DNA of 64,000 nucleotides, taken from contig NC_043018.1 in NCBI RefSeq assembly GCF_006345805.1, positions 20,274,001 to 20,338,000 of the forward strand, in the 5' to 3' direction. The notes beneath the pieces are model-generated. The model was not told the DNA's origin. It searched no databases and saw only the letters and a program-made list of their open reading frames with translations. The translations under genes and the position numbers were made by a program. Shown piece after piece: positions 49,345-62,636 of this stretch (its first letter is position 1; each line of letters starts with the position of its first letter). The stretch comes from Octopus sinensis. Its lineage: Eukaryota.

Positions 49345-50399
49345 GAACCCACTAAATTAATGAACGAAACTATATTTAACAGATACAAATTGATACACTT
49401 CAAAAGCAGTGTTTGTCTGATGTTTATTAACCCATTTATACTTCTGAAAATGCCTGTACAGGCTAACATGTAGTATTCAGATGTATATTAAACGACGAAC
49501 GGTGTAGAACATAAACGAATACATGAAAAAATTATTTCACGCTAGGCTTGTCACCCACTTGCCTAACACCCAGTGCTTCTCATATTCCTCTAATGCAGGG
49601 GTTCCCAACCATTTTCAGCTATGGAACCCCTTTGATTCCTATTTTCTCGGATGGACCTTCCAAGCTGTGCAATATCTTTAAAAAAAACCCTCTATTATAT
49701 TTTTGCAATTAAATATCATTAGAATTATATTTTTAAAAAAACGGCGTACGTAAAGAATACGCATACTCAGGGTTTAGGGTTGGGGTTACGTTGAAAACGG
49801 GTGGTGTGCGTATTATTTAATAACTTGTGTGTTGTAGAAGTATGAGCAATTTTATTGCAGATAAATTTTGACAAAATCTTGTAGCCCACCATCACCATCA
49901 AAGAGTCATGTGAAGTTAGGTTAAGAACCATCGATATAATTACTATTTCATAGCTATGGTTGGTTGCGTATTTGCAACGGTTATTTCTTAACAGAACCAT
50001 ACCAAAAACTAGCGAAGTTTCAGAACAGCTTTTCCTCGAAGTCCTGTGCCCCATGCAAAAGGAAAACGGTATTCCCCACTCATTTTATGATATTTCTATT
50101 CTTCATACAACAGAAATTATGATTCTGGAAAAGAATAATGCAACATTTTTTTCCCCCACGTGTATGCCTTCCACCTTCTCATTTCCGCATCCTTTAAAAT
50201 TTTCCGTGAGGCATGGGACTTCGAAGAACATCAATTTCAAAACACCACCCACCCCCAAAAAACTTTACGTTATCACAGAATAGAACGAAATGAAAAAGGA
50301 AAAGTCGTCATTATTTACAGCTGGGCAACTTTCAAACACTATTAGTATAAACTCATAATTAATGAAAGAATTAAGAAATTAAGATGAAGAACAACTTAC

Positions 50400-50560
50400 C
50401 GTTAGAGGAATCCCTAGTCCACAAGAACCGTCTCAGCAGAACAAGTGGGCGGCGTCGTGTGAATGACACAGAGAATTAAACGAAGTTGTCATGTAGCGAA
50501 CTACAACTGCATCTACCAAATTCCAGAACGAATTAAATTTAGAAACAACCGCTTCTCTGA
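50400..50560 (-). promoter_or_regulatory. Candidate promoter and non-coding first exon of a minus-strand transcript
   Basis: Unique, CpG-retaining sequence ending at a CG|GTAAGT donor (intron starts 50399); all frames contain stops; the 5' boundary is a guess. Confidence 0.3.
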
Positions 50561-50754
50561 ATTCTTTGGAAGTTTGACGTTCCTCGACCAAAATTGCTTC
50601 GTTGAATTATTCTCTGAGCAACTGTTGTAGCCTGCTTATCTCCCTTGCATAAACTCGAGTCATTTAAAGTGATCTCCCTTGTTTACCTTTCTACTCATAT
50701 TTTTTTGGTTTTGAAGATCATTTTAGTCATCACCGTCAAGGCCATGCTGGAGTA

Positions 50755-51130
50755 GTAGGAGCACTCCGTCGGTTACGACGATGAGGGTCCCAGCTGATAC
50801 GATCAACGGAACAGCTTGCTCGTGGAATTAACGTGCAAGTGGCTGAGCACTCCACAGACACGTGTACCCTTAACGTAGTTCTCGGGGATATTCAGCGTGA
50901 CACAGAGAGTGACAAGGCCGGCCCCTTTGAAATACAGGTACAACAGAAACAGGAAGTAAGAGTGAGAGAAAGTTGTGGTGAAAGAGTTCAGCAGGGACCA
51001 CCACCATCCCCTGCAGGAGCCTCGTGGAGCTTTAGGTGTGTTCGCTCAATAAACACTCACAATGCCCGGTCTGGGAATCGAAACCGTGATCCTACGACCG
51101 CGAGTCCGCTGCCCTAACCACTGGGCCATT
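50755..51130 (-). mobile_element. tRNA-derived SINE, family D
   Basis: Head CAATGGCCCAGTGGTTAGGGCAGCGGACTCGCGGTCGTAGGATCACGGTTTCGATTCCC; tail ...GTCGTAACCGACGGAGTGCTCC. Confidence 0.8.
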
Positions 51131-51336
51131 GCTAGAGCACCGCTCAAGGAAGAGAATTCACAGTTTTTTTTTTGTGTTGTCACTATTTCTTTCTTTCTTT
51201 TATTTGAGAACATGTAAAGCATAGAGACAATAACTGTCCGAAGAAATCTCTTAACGAACATTACTTTGGAATTTGTGCTGAGTCTAAATGTGACATCCCG
51301 GCAGAGTAAATGGATGTAAAATGATGGTAAAATAAG

Positions 51337-51551
51337 GCGGCGAGCTGGCAGAATCGTTAGCACGCCGGGCGAAATGCTTAGCGGTATTTCGTCTGCCGTT
51401 ACGTTCTGAGTTCAAATTCCGCCGAGGTCGACTTTGCCTTTCATCCTTTCGGGGTCGATAAATTAAGTACCAGTTACGCACTGGGGTCGATATAATCGAT
51501 TTAATCCGTTTGTCCCTTCTGTGTTTGGCCCCTTGTGGGTAGTAAAGAAAT
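51337..51551 (+). mobile_element. Near-consensus family A SINE
   Basis: Intact A and B boxes, core and tail. Confidence 0.9.
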
Positions 51552-52013
51552 AATAAAATGGTAGTCGAGATGACACACACACACAGGTAGATAGATACGT
51601 ATGTGCATATGTGTATGCAGCCATCCATGCATATATACATAGCAATTTCTCCATTTTAATTTATGAGTGCCATCTTCTACTTTCTCTTTGTCAATGGTAT
51701 TTCTGACAATCCGTCCATGACCTCTCACATATGGTTTGAAGCACAGGTTACAAACGAAAGTTGTAACCTACTATGTGCTTCCAACTGGTTAAGTCTACAC
51801 ATCTCGCCACTTTCAGTGACAAATGAGGTCACCATTAAGAGATATTTGTTCGTCATCGGTATGACTTTTAAATGCCTCCGGAAGTTCGGTTCTGGTTCGG
51901 GAATTCGGGGGTTTTGAAAAGTTTGGAACCACGTCTTAGCCAATATAGCTCCCAAGTCTCTTCTGAGTGGTAGCACTTGACAAGGATCCCAACTTCAGGT
52001 TAACTAGCAAATA

Positions 52014-52178
52014 GGCGCAGGAGTGGCTGTGTGGTAAGTAGCTTGCTAACCAACCACATGGTTCCGAGTTCAGTCCCACTGCGTGGCATCTTGGGCAAGT
52101 GTCTTCTCCTATAAACCCGGGCTGACCAATGCCTTGTGAGTGGATTTGGTAGACGGAAACTGAAAGAAGCCCGTCGTG

Positions 52179-52209
<31 letters not shown>

Positions 52210-52326
52210 TTGTGTGTCTGTGTTTGTCCCCCTAGCATTGCTTGACAACCGATGCTGGTGTGTTTACGTCCCCGTCACTAGCGGTTCGGCAAAAGAGAGA
52301 CCGATAAAATAAGTACTGGGCTTATA

Positions 52327-52375
<49 letters not shown>

Positions 52376-52515
52376 CTGTGTGTGTATATATATATTTGTG
52401 TATGTATATGTATGTATGTATATGTATGTATGCACGTATATATTTGCTCGACTAAAGGCGGTGCTCCAGCATGGCCGCAGTCAAATGACTGAAACAAATA
52501 AAAGAGTAAAAGAGT
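52014..52515 (+). mobile_element. Family B SINE with a second microsatellite expansion in the 3' module
   Basis: Head to GTAAAAGAG tail. Confidence 0.85.
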
Positions 52516-53292
52516 ATCCATCTGAGCACGGAGAGGAAGAAATAGCCTTTGTGTGTGTTAGGGCATGCAGTACACCCATCGAGACCTGCCGTCTGTAATC
52601 AGACATTTCTACAGGTTCCATACGCAATATCAATTACAGAAACCCAAAAAAAAAATAAACATTTTCAAAACAAATCAGGAAAATATTTTAATGATTGAAA
52701 TTGTCTTTATTAATATGTTAATGAATAAATCAGATTAAAAATTAATTACTGAATTCTTTTTCTTTTTTTTTTAATTCTTTGAGTAATTAAATACGAAGAA
52801 AATGATAAAACATTTGTTAATGTGAAAGTCAGAATGACGAAGAACTAGGAGAAGATTGTCGTCGATTAAATGCTAAAATGTTTCATGTGTTGTTGAACAA
52901 TGTTAGTGTAATACACTGGATTAGTCTAGAAGGATTATTCTAATTCTTATTATCATGGAGTATCATTGCTCACACTTAAATGAAATGAAATGTATTAAGA
53001 ATTTTTTTGTTGGAAGTCCGTTGAAAATGGGAATAACGCCGTTAGGCTGCCAAGGGAGATAATTACAAAATGAATTCGGTTTTCTAGACAGACTTACCGT
53101 TCTTAGCAACTTGATATTTTTTCGATTGAGTCCACATTGTACATCTATATATGTATGTGTATATATATTATATACATATGTATGTGTGTGTGTATATAAT
53201 ATATATATATATACACACACACACGTACATATACATAACACGCACACACACACATATATATATACACACAAACACATATATACATATACATA

Positions 53293-55088
53293 GAAGGTCA
53301 TAACCAATCTCATTAGGGAGAGAATTTGTTTAGATGAAATGCAGTTCGGTTTTGTACCAGGTAGAAGCACCACTGATGCTATATTCCTGGTCCGACAACT
53401 GCAGGAGAAGTACCTAGCTAAAGATAAACCCCTCTACATAGCTTTTGTAGACTTGGAGAAAGCCTTTGACAGGGTTCCCCGTTCCCTATCTGGTGGTCGA
53501 TGCGGAAACTGGAGATTGAAGAATGGCTAATAAGGGCTGTACAGGCTCTATACAGAGAGGCTGTTAGCAAGGTTAGGATTGGCAACGAATATAGTGAAAA
53601 ATTCCGAGTAGAAGTAGGTGTGCACCAGGGCTCAGCCCTCAGTCCCCTTTTGTTCATCATAGTACTTCAAGCAATAACAGAGAATTCAAAACGGGATGCC
53701 CCTGGGAGCTCCTCTATGCCGATGACCTAGCTCTCATAGCAGAATCACTACCGGAACTAGAAGAGAAATTTCGGGTATGGAAGCAAGGGTTGGAATCAAG
53801 GGCCTTAGAATAAATGTGGCAAAGACCAAAGTATTAGTAAGCAGCAGAAGAGTACTCAACACACATCCCCTTGGGTAGGTGGCCCTGCTCAACCTGTAGG
53901 AAAGGTACAGGTAGAAACTCCATAAGATGCACCCAATGTAAGTTATGGACACATAAGAGGTGCAGCAACATTAAAGGGAAATTAACAGATAAGATAGCTT
54001 TCATGTGCGGCAGATGCACAGGGACAATAGACACAACAGACACTCAGAAAACAGATTCCATCACACTCCAGGAGAGAAACTAGAAGTAGTTGATAGTTTC
54101 CGCTACCTGGGAGACCAAGTTAGTAGCGGAGGTGGATGCACAGAGAGTATCACCACTAGAATACGAATAGCCTGGGCAAAGTTCAGAAAGCTCCTACCCC
54201 TACTGGCAACAAAAGGGCCTCTCCTCAGAGCAAAAGGTAGATTATATGATGCATGTGTGCGAACTGCCATGCTTCACGGTAATGAAACATGGGCTGTGAC
54301 TGCAGAAGACATGCGTAGACTTGAAAGAAATGAAGCTAGCATGATCCGCTGGATGTGTAGTGTCAGTTGTGCACACAAAACAGAGTGTAAGTATCCTGAG
54401 AGAATGCTGGATATAAGAAGCATCAGATGTGGTGTGCAAGAGCGACGCTTGCGATGGTATGGTCATGTGCTGCGGATGGATGAAGAGAGATGTGTGAAGA
54501 AGTGCCACTCCCAAACAGTTGAAGGTATCAGGGGAGAGGTAGACCCAGGAAGACATGGGATGAGGTGGTCAAGCATGACCTCAGAGCATTGGGCCTCACT
54601 GAGACAATGGCGAAGGACCGAGATCTCTGGAGATATGCTGTGACTACAAAGACCCGGGCTGCTTTCTGCAGCAATTCCACATACCCCCTACCCATTCTAA
54701 GTACCCCCCCCCTACCCATTCTAAGTACCCCGGATCCCCAAAGTACCCCGGATCCCCAAAGTACCCTGGACCCCAAATCCCCCAATCCCAACCCAAAGTA
54801 CCACCCCCCGGACCTCGTTGCCCCCGTGCCGCTGACACTTTAAAATGCTCGAATCCGATCGTGACGATGCCGGACCCTCCGGCCCCTGTGCAGGTGGCAC
54901 GTAAAAAGCACCCAATCCACTCACGGATGGTTGGCGTTAGGAAGGGCATCCAGCCGTAGAAACTCTGCCAGATTCTCAGACTGGTGCCTGGAGCGGCCCC
55001 TGGCTTCCCAGACCCGGTCAAACCGTCCAACCCGTGCTAGCGCGGAAAGCGGACGTTAAACGATGATGATGATGATGATGATGATGAT
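53293..55088 (+). mobile_element. 5'-truncated RTE-clade LINE: frameshifted RT, PHD-type insert, 3' UTR, (GAT)n tail
   Basis: QFGFVPGRSTTDAIF, FVDLEKAFDRV, GVHQGSALSPLLF, YADD (53715-53726), FRYLG, LRWYGHV motifs. Confidence 0.95.
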
Positions 55089-55660
55089 ACACATACATGT
55101 ACATACATACATATATATATTTTGGGTTATTATTTATTTAATAGCACTTTCATCTTGTTCATTTCCTAGACTTATCAGATACCATTTTTCTGTAAAAATG
55201 AATAATCTTGTCCAATGAGTCTCAGAAACGAATGAGATGAAAGCGCTAATAAATAAATAATAGCCCAAAATTCTGACTCCCGGACACCACTGCAAACATT
55301 CTATACATACCTACATTGTAAATATATATATACACACAAACACAAACACACATGTTCCTTTAGACATAAGCCATGTTTTTTTAAAATATTTTTGCTGGAA
55401 TTTTGGTAAATATAAAGTTTTTTTTTTTTGTTGTTGTTGTAAAAGAAAAGGAAAGAAGGGAAATAACAGAAGGAGAAAAATCGATTACAACACCTTCATA
55501 GCTTAAATAATTAATTATATAACATCCCTTTGATAATTACCTCTATTCTACAGTTAATTATTAAAAAACAAATCATTCATGTTTAAGCAGTTTTCACAGT
55601 CAATAGTTAGTTTGGCATAGATGAGAGAACAATGCAGAGCAACTCAGAAATTGATATTTT

Positions 55661-55895
55661 TTAAGGTGGTGAGCTGGCAGAAACGTTAGCACGGCGGGCG
55701 AAATGCCTAGCAGTATTTCATCTGCCGTTACGTTCTAAGTTCAAATTCCACCAAGATCAACTTTGCCTTTCATCCTTTCGGGGCCGATTAAATAAGTACC
55801 CGTTACGCACTGGAGTCAATATAATCGACTTAACCCCTTTGTCTGTCCTTGTTTGTCCCCTCTCTGTGTAGCCACTTGTGGGCAGTAAAGAAATA
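55661..55895 (+). mobile_element. Family A SINE with about 15-bp TSD
   Basis: AGAAATTG(A/T)TATTTT at 55646-55660 and 55896-55910. Confidence 0.9.
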
Positions 55896-58094
55896 AGAAA
55901 TTGTTATTTTTGGCAAGATATCTTCAACTACGAAAGAAAACCATTTATTCTTTTATTCTTTTACTTCTTTCAGACTGCGGCCATGCTGGAAGACCGCATT
56001 TAGTCAAACAAATTGACCTCAGCACTTATTCTATCGCTCTCTTTTGTCAAACCACTTAGTTACTGGGACATAAATACACCAATATCAGTTGTCAAGAGAC
56101 GGTGGGGAGACAAACACAGACACACAAATACATACATATATATATATGACGGGCTTCTTTCAGTTTCCATCTACCAAATCCACTAACAAGGCTTTGGTCG
56201 GCCCAAGGCTATAGAAGAAGACACCTGATCAAACAGATTTTCTACAGATGGATGCCATTCTTTCCACCAGCACCCACCTGGTTTCAAGCAAGGTAATGTT
56301 TTGCCATGTCCAGACAAGGTTTTCACATTGGCAAATTGAAGAGAGACAACCAGGGCTTAAGAGGAATCTTTGATTTTGGCAAAATCAAGACAACCTCTCC
56401 TGTGCAGTGACAGTATTTATAATGCCAGACGGACACACCTCCAGTCCTCTTCTTCATTTATATTATTCATTCCACGCAGCTTTTCTTCATCCTTCATTCT
56501 ACCCATCCATCCATCCATCCACCTCCACTTCCTGTTCTCCTGTCCCTGCTCAATTCTATTTGCCTTGAACTTGGGTTCACCACCCTCACATCTCTAGACC
56601 ACCATTTCATCTCTTTCCATCTCCACCCGGATGGATCATTTCCCTACCCCTATCCTCTGTTATGTAAGTAGCCATGGCACCCCACTTCTGTTCTGGTCCC
56701 CTCTTTCATACGTCAAGCTCTCATATTTAAGCAAAAAGTCACCTCCCTTCCTATTGCAGCCCCACTCTGTAGAGGGATACCTTAATCTTGCAAACTGTGT
56801 GGTGACCTTGCAGGAAAGAAAAGCACCAAGTGCACTCTGTAAAGTGGTTGCCATTAGAAACCACCACCACCTTCAGAAAGCATACCCAAGCAGACACTGG
56901 AGTACAATGCAGGCCTCAGGCATATTGGATCCTGTCAAACATCAGCATGGAAGATGGTCATCAAATGATGATAATGATGATGTCAAGCAACTGGACACTA
57001 TAGAACAATATCTATAGAGACAAATATATTCTGAACTCTGCTCAGTTCTATGCAATTGCAGTAGATTCTATGGATTTTACAGATGTTGTTATGCTGGAAT
57101 TTTACATCAACAACAAATAGGAACTTAAACCATTTACAAAATGTATTCCTGCGAGTGAGGAACTAATCCAATTGACTAAATTTTTTTCATGTAATCATCA
57201 TCAATGAAACAAAAGGAAAAAATTTATTAGCTTGATTATTTAAAATTTTTTTTTTTTACTTGAAGATGGAAAGGGATATGAAAGTACTCCCTCCTCTGCT
57301 CAAGGGAAACCGCTTCAGCCTCCTGAGACAAGCCAAACATCACTTGCTAAGGTTATCTTCACAGATTTTCTATGGAAATTATGGCCAGCATTGGACACTG
57401 ATTGCAAACAAACACTACCATCAGTAAAAGCAATGTTTTTTGTCAGCAATTTTCCACAAAACATGTTCAGCCATTGTGTTGTCTGTGTTCAAAGAAGTAA
57501 GGGAAATATTACTTCGCATGGGGAACAGGTGAGGGTTAGCAACAAGAAGGGTATCTGCCTGCAGAAAATATGCCTCAACTTCAATGAAGCTCATCCGCAA
57601 CACGAAATGAAGGGTTTTTCTCAAGAACACAATACACCGCCTGGTCCCAGAATCAAAACCACAATCTCATGGTCATGTGTCTAACACCCAAACCACTAAG
57701 CCATGTGCCACCATACACGCACAAACATACACTCAGACATACACACATGCACATACACACAAACATTCCCCTTTCACACTTATTGTAGCTGGTCTTTGGG
57801 TTTTCTAAGCCCTGTAAAAGAACTCGGAAGGCTGGGCCTCCAACCAGGCCAGGCCTTTTGTGATACCCTTAAAACCAGGAAATTTTCAGTACCCCCTCAT
57901 ACATATGAAAAATAGGGATAAACACAAGCTGCTCCTACATGTGCTCTTCTAGCTCATAACAAAACAGGTAACACTGATCGATGTGGAAGTTACTTAACAA
58001 CTACACAGAAAGCAAACTAGATTACGAAAATCTACATGGAGCTCTAACCAAAAAGGTAGCAGTCATAAATCTATCTATACACATAATTTATACT

Positions 58095-58590
58095 AAACAC
58101 ACACATACCCCTACATATTACCTGGATCAGCCAGGCTGTCTGGTGTCGAGTCGGCTCTGATGGCCACAGCATTCGCTCCATTCCCCCCACGCTCATGCCA
58201 TTCTTCAACAGGTTGATCCAAACATTTTTCTGAAATACTCTTCCCGCCTGGTTCGAGGTCTTCTGAGTGGTCTCTAGACAAGGCAACTCATGTCAATCTC
58301 TTCAACAGCACAGTCTTGTCTGCAATGCTATATGCATGTGAGACTTGGGCCTTGATGAAAAGAGAAGAACAACATCTGCTTCTTCCGGTGCAGAGAGCCA
58401 TGGAAAGGTGATCAATGTTGGGAATCTCGCTAAGAGATCACATCCGGAACAAAGAGATCAGAAATAGAACTGGAGTGAAGGACCTTGTTGCAGAATATCA
58501 CCATGCAAAGCTATGATGGGCTGGTCATGTCGCAAGGTCCACAAGCAATCAGTGGACCTGTGTGTTTGTTGAGCGGAAGTGACCCCACAT
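58095..58590. mobile_element. RTE-1-like LINE fragment with an internal inversion
   Basis: 58273-58590 (+) reads LDKATHVNLFNSTVLSAMLYACETWAL...WAGHVAR...ERK; 58095-58270 (-) continues PLRRPRTRREEYFRKMFG. Confidence 0.8.
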
Positions 58591-59080
58591 ATATAGGACT
58601 TGTGCACAGTTTTTGACCAAACGTATTCACTTATGGGAGGGAAATAGGTGAACCTGAGGCAGCAAGCAGAAAACACTTGTCCGAGTTGCCACATAGAAAT
58701 ATAAAAAAAAACATTATCAAAGACAACAAACAGTCTCAAAATGGACTGAACCCCTTAACCACGTGGCCCAGGCATACTTGTCCCTGTTATACTTCCACAC
58801 TTCAAAAATAAATATATTTTTAAAAAACTTGAAAATAAATAATTTAGAAAATGTTAGAAAAGGTAGTTGCAAAGAAGACAACAAAAAGAATGAAAGTGAT
58901 AAGAAGTTTTATAATTTATTTATAACTTTCTCGTGTCCCCCATTTCTGTAATTTTAGGGCAACGGCACAATCACGGATCCGCGACATATAACACCTGTCG
59001 ACTATTCCTTGTAAATCTGCAGAGTTTGAAATGAAACCAAGATCTGATTCCAACTGTATTCTTCAATCAGTCATATCTGA

Positions 59081-59123
<43 letters not shown>

Positions 59124-59152
59124 GTATGTATATATATATATATATGTATATG

Positions 59153-59211
<59 letters not shown>

Positions 59212-59258
59212 GTATATATATATGTATTTATATGTATATATATATGTGTATATATATG

Positions 59259-59289
<31 letters not shown>

Positions 59290-59505
59290 TATATATATAT
59301 ATATAACATATATATATGTATGTATATATATATAGGGATATATGTGTGTATGTACATGTATATATGTATATGCATATATATATATGTGCATGTGTGGGTA
59401 TATATATATATGCGTATATATATATATATATATAAATACACAGACATACATATATGTATATATATATACATATATATAGGGATATATGTGTGTATGTACA
59501 TGTAT
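59081..59505. repeat. (TA)n-rich microsatellite
   Basis: Seen directly. Confidence 0.95.
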
Positions 59506-59863
59506 ATAAAATAAAGCAGTATTCACTGTTGATCGTAGTGATCGTAAAAAAAGGCCTTATGTGGTGAGGAAGAGAAAACATATTAGCCACTGGCTAATAT
59601 CATTTTAAATATTTTGGAAATTATGAGAGAGAATTACATTCATGTTTCAGTCTTTTTGTGACCTCATCAGTGAAACGAGCTTCTCAGATGGATGTTATTG
59701 CAGTGTTCTTCATGTACATGATGTCTGAGTTATTATATATACATATTATAAATATATACACACATACATACATACATACATATATACCATTTTTATTATT
59801 ATATAGATATATTCATATTATATCTCTTATAAATGTTATATGCAATATATAATTATATACCAC

Positions 59864-59896
<33 letters not shown>

Positions 59897-60660
59897 AACA
59901 TACATACATACATACATATTCTATTTGTGTGCATATAAATCACATTTGCATGTTCATCTTATGTCATATATATATATATATATATATATACATACACACA
60001 TGCATACATACAAACACAGAAACAAGCAAACACACGCATACACGAGTTTAGTGAGATATGACAGAGATACTTGAGGCCCATCAGCAGCAAAAACAATGGT
60101 AGAACAGAAGAAATCATTTGGTAATTATTTGGCCTAGTCTTACAGTGGAGGCAGCTGAAGTGCTTAAATAATCTTGTAATCGGAGAGGTTATTGCAAAGG
60201 GAGGTAAGGAAGAGAAAATACGAAAAAGACGAACTCCAGGGAAAAGACAATTAACCAACAACAGCATAGCACCAGTCTTCAGAAATGGCAGTAGGAACTG
60301 CATAAGATTAGAAAGTTCTGCAAGAGAGTTATGTTAGCAGGGTGGGGCTATGCCTTCTCGACTTTCTATTGGAAGGTTGAAATATTTCTTTGTCTTCATT
60401 TGGCTGCAACTGAGATCTGTCTTACCAGACTGTTCCAGGAGTCTCTGCTCCACCACCCTGCCACTAATAGTTAAATAGTTGAACAATGGCTGAAGTTCTG
60501 AAACCAACCACTAACTCGATGATGAATTTAGTTCCTTAAAATAGACCAGAACTTGTTAATGCAACTATACAGAAAACAAGGTCTTAAAACAGCCATGCCG
60601 AAAAAATATCTATCACAACTAGTGTTAGCAAGAGAGTATTTTGGTAGGAAATAAATGAAA

Positions 60661-60713
<53 letters not shown>

Positions 60714-60944
60714 TTCATGAAAACTCTCAGCTTATTTTGCTGGATATGATGGAAAGTGTCAGCTGCCCACAGCCAGCAGACCAAGGTGACACTTGTCTAT
60801 TGATTGTGTTTCAAGAACCCTGCGAAGAACCGTTGCACTTCCAAACGAAGATTATTTTTGTAGGTGTTCTATCTTTAACATTTGTACCGATTCTTTTTGT
60901 CTGGCATTGTGACAAAATTTGAAACCCTTGTTGTAGTTGTTATA

Positions 60945-60977
<33 letters not shown>

Positions 60978-61224
60978 GTGTTTCGACTTTGCTTCAATTT
61001 CTACAAGTTGCACCCTGCACAAGTCTCAACCAGACACATTAACGGGCAACCAAGATTTTGCATCCAAAGATGCTGACATGTGAGATGCTGTGCAACTGGA
61101 CAAACTGATGTCTGTGGGAGAAAAAAAATATACAACAGAAAATGAGCGAGTAAGGATGCATTTACATGGAGAGGAATCTACAAAGAATATCTTAGGTGGT
61201 CTATACCTCTCATATTGACTTCCT

Positions 61225-61775
61225 CATCATTTCAAACTAAAATCAATTACCTGAAACTTTCTCTTCTCTTTGTCTACTTCTACCAAATCAGGCCTTCTAG
61301 ATTCTATTTTTCTGTCAGTCTGAATGTTAAAGTCTCACAACATCTGGTACTTCTTACTTTCTAGTACTTTACTAAGTTCATGTTCATACCATTTATCAGT
61401 ATGGTCAAATCCTAGATTTCTACTTAACTCCTAGTGGTTTATTCTTCCTAGGTTGTCATGTCTTTTCTTGTATTATTATTATTATTATTATTAATATTAT
61501 CATTATTCTTTTTAAATCAGGTTTTGTTGGAACTCTTGGAGTCTTGCATGCTTAGGGTACCATGTTATCTGTTGTTTTCAAATGTCTAATACTTTCCTGA
61601 TTATTCTGGCCTTTTGCAACAGTTCTACAGGGCACTCTATTCGAATTTCATTAATATTCTCCTTGATACCTTCTGTTACTGGATACTGTCCCCAAGGACC
61701 CAACAATAATTGGCACTATATCCACCTTCTTCATTTTCCATAGCTAGGCTATTTCATACTTAAGAGGACTGTATA
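61225..61775 (-). mobile_element. Two fragments of an RLE-type non-LTR element in permuted order
   Basis: 61490-61775 reads LWKMKKVDIVPIIVGSLGTV...ARIIRKVLDI* plus AAT tail; 61225-61452 reads YKKRHDNLGRINH...KWYEHE...DFNIQTDRKIESRRPDLV...VIDF. Confidence 0.8.
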
Positions 61776-62439
61776 TTATTATTATTATTATTATTATTAT
61801 TGTTGTTGTTGTTGTTACTTTTTTTTTCAAATTCTGATGCGGTCAACTTTACCGTTCATCCTTTCGGGGTCGATAAATTAAGTACCAGTTAAACACTTGG
61901 GTCGATGTAATCGAATCACCTCCTCCCCCAAAACTGCTGCCCTTGTGACAAAATTTTAAATCATTATTATTATTATTATTACTTTAATGATTATTATTAT
62001 TATGATTATTATTATTATTATCTTTATTATTTATTGAACTGTGAACCAATCCTAATCACTTCAGCCACATTCTAATAGGAACAGCCATTAATTTCCCTTC
62101 CTGTTTCCATTTAACAACAGTTTCAACCAAATGATTATCAAAAGAATATTCTAGTAGTTTTGGCGGTTTTTCCACCACTCATCCTAAAACTACAATTTTT
62201 TTTTTCTACTGGTACAGGACTGTGCTGACCACTAAATATACTCGATGTAGGTTCAATCTGATGTCTCTTCTGTCAAAAGAAAGAGGAAACTGTGTAGAAA
62301 GATGTTAGTGTTTTCAAGTATTTCTAATGAAAATGACGAAAATATGATATAATAATTGTTAATATATAACCAATACATAATAAATATGTAATGAAAACTA
62401 TATGCTAGGATGGGCACAGGAAAACACACAGAAGCATTA

Positions 62440-62444
62440 CATAC

Positions 62445-62488
<44 letters not shown>

Positions 62489-62546
62489 TGCAACACAAAC
62501 ATATAAATGTACATCTATGTGTGTGTATGTGTATATATATACATAC

Positions 62547-62636
<90 letters not shown>

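Noticed and set aside
51660-51990. CpG-rich block with an FVCNLCFKPY zinc-finger-like fragment
   Set aside because: The frame is broken by stops and lacks the His pair; it cannot be assigned without a search.
4114-52598. Recurrent 60-120 aa ORFs such as MLGGQTQTHKH..., MLAWVGRF..., MGLNPEPC...
   Set aside because: The same peptides recur at every SINE or LINE-tail copy; they are repeat translations, not genes.
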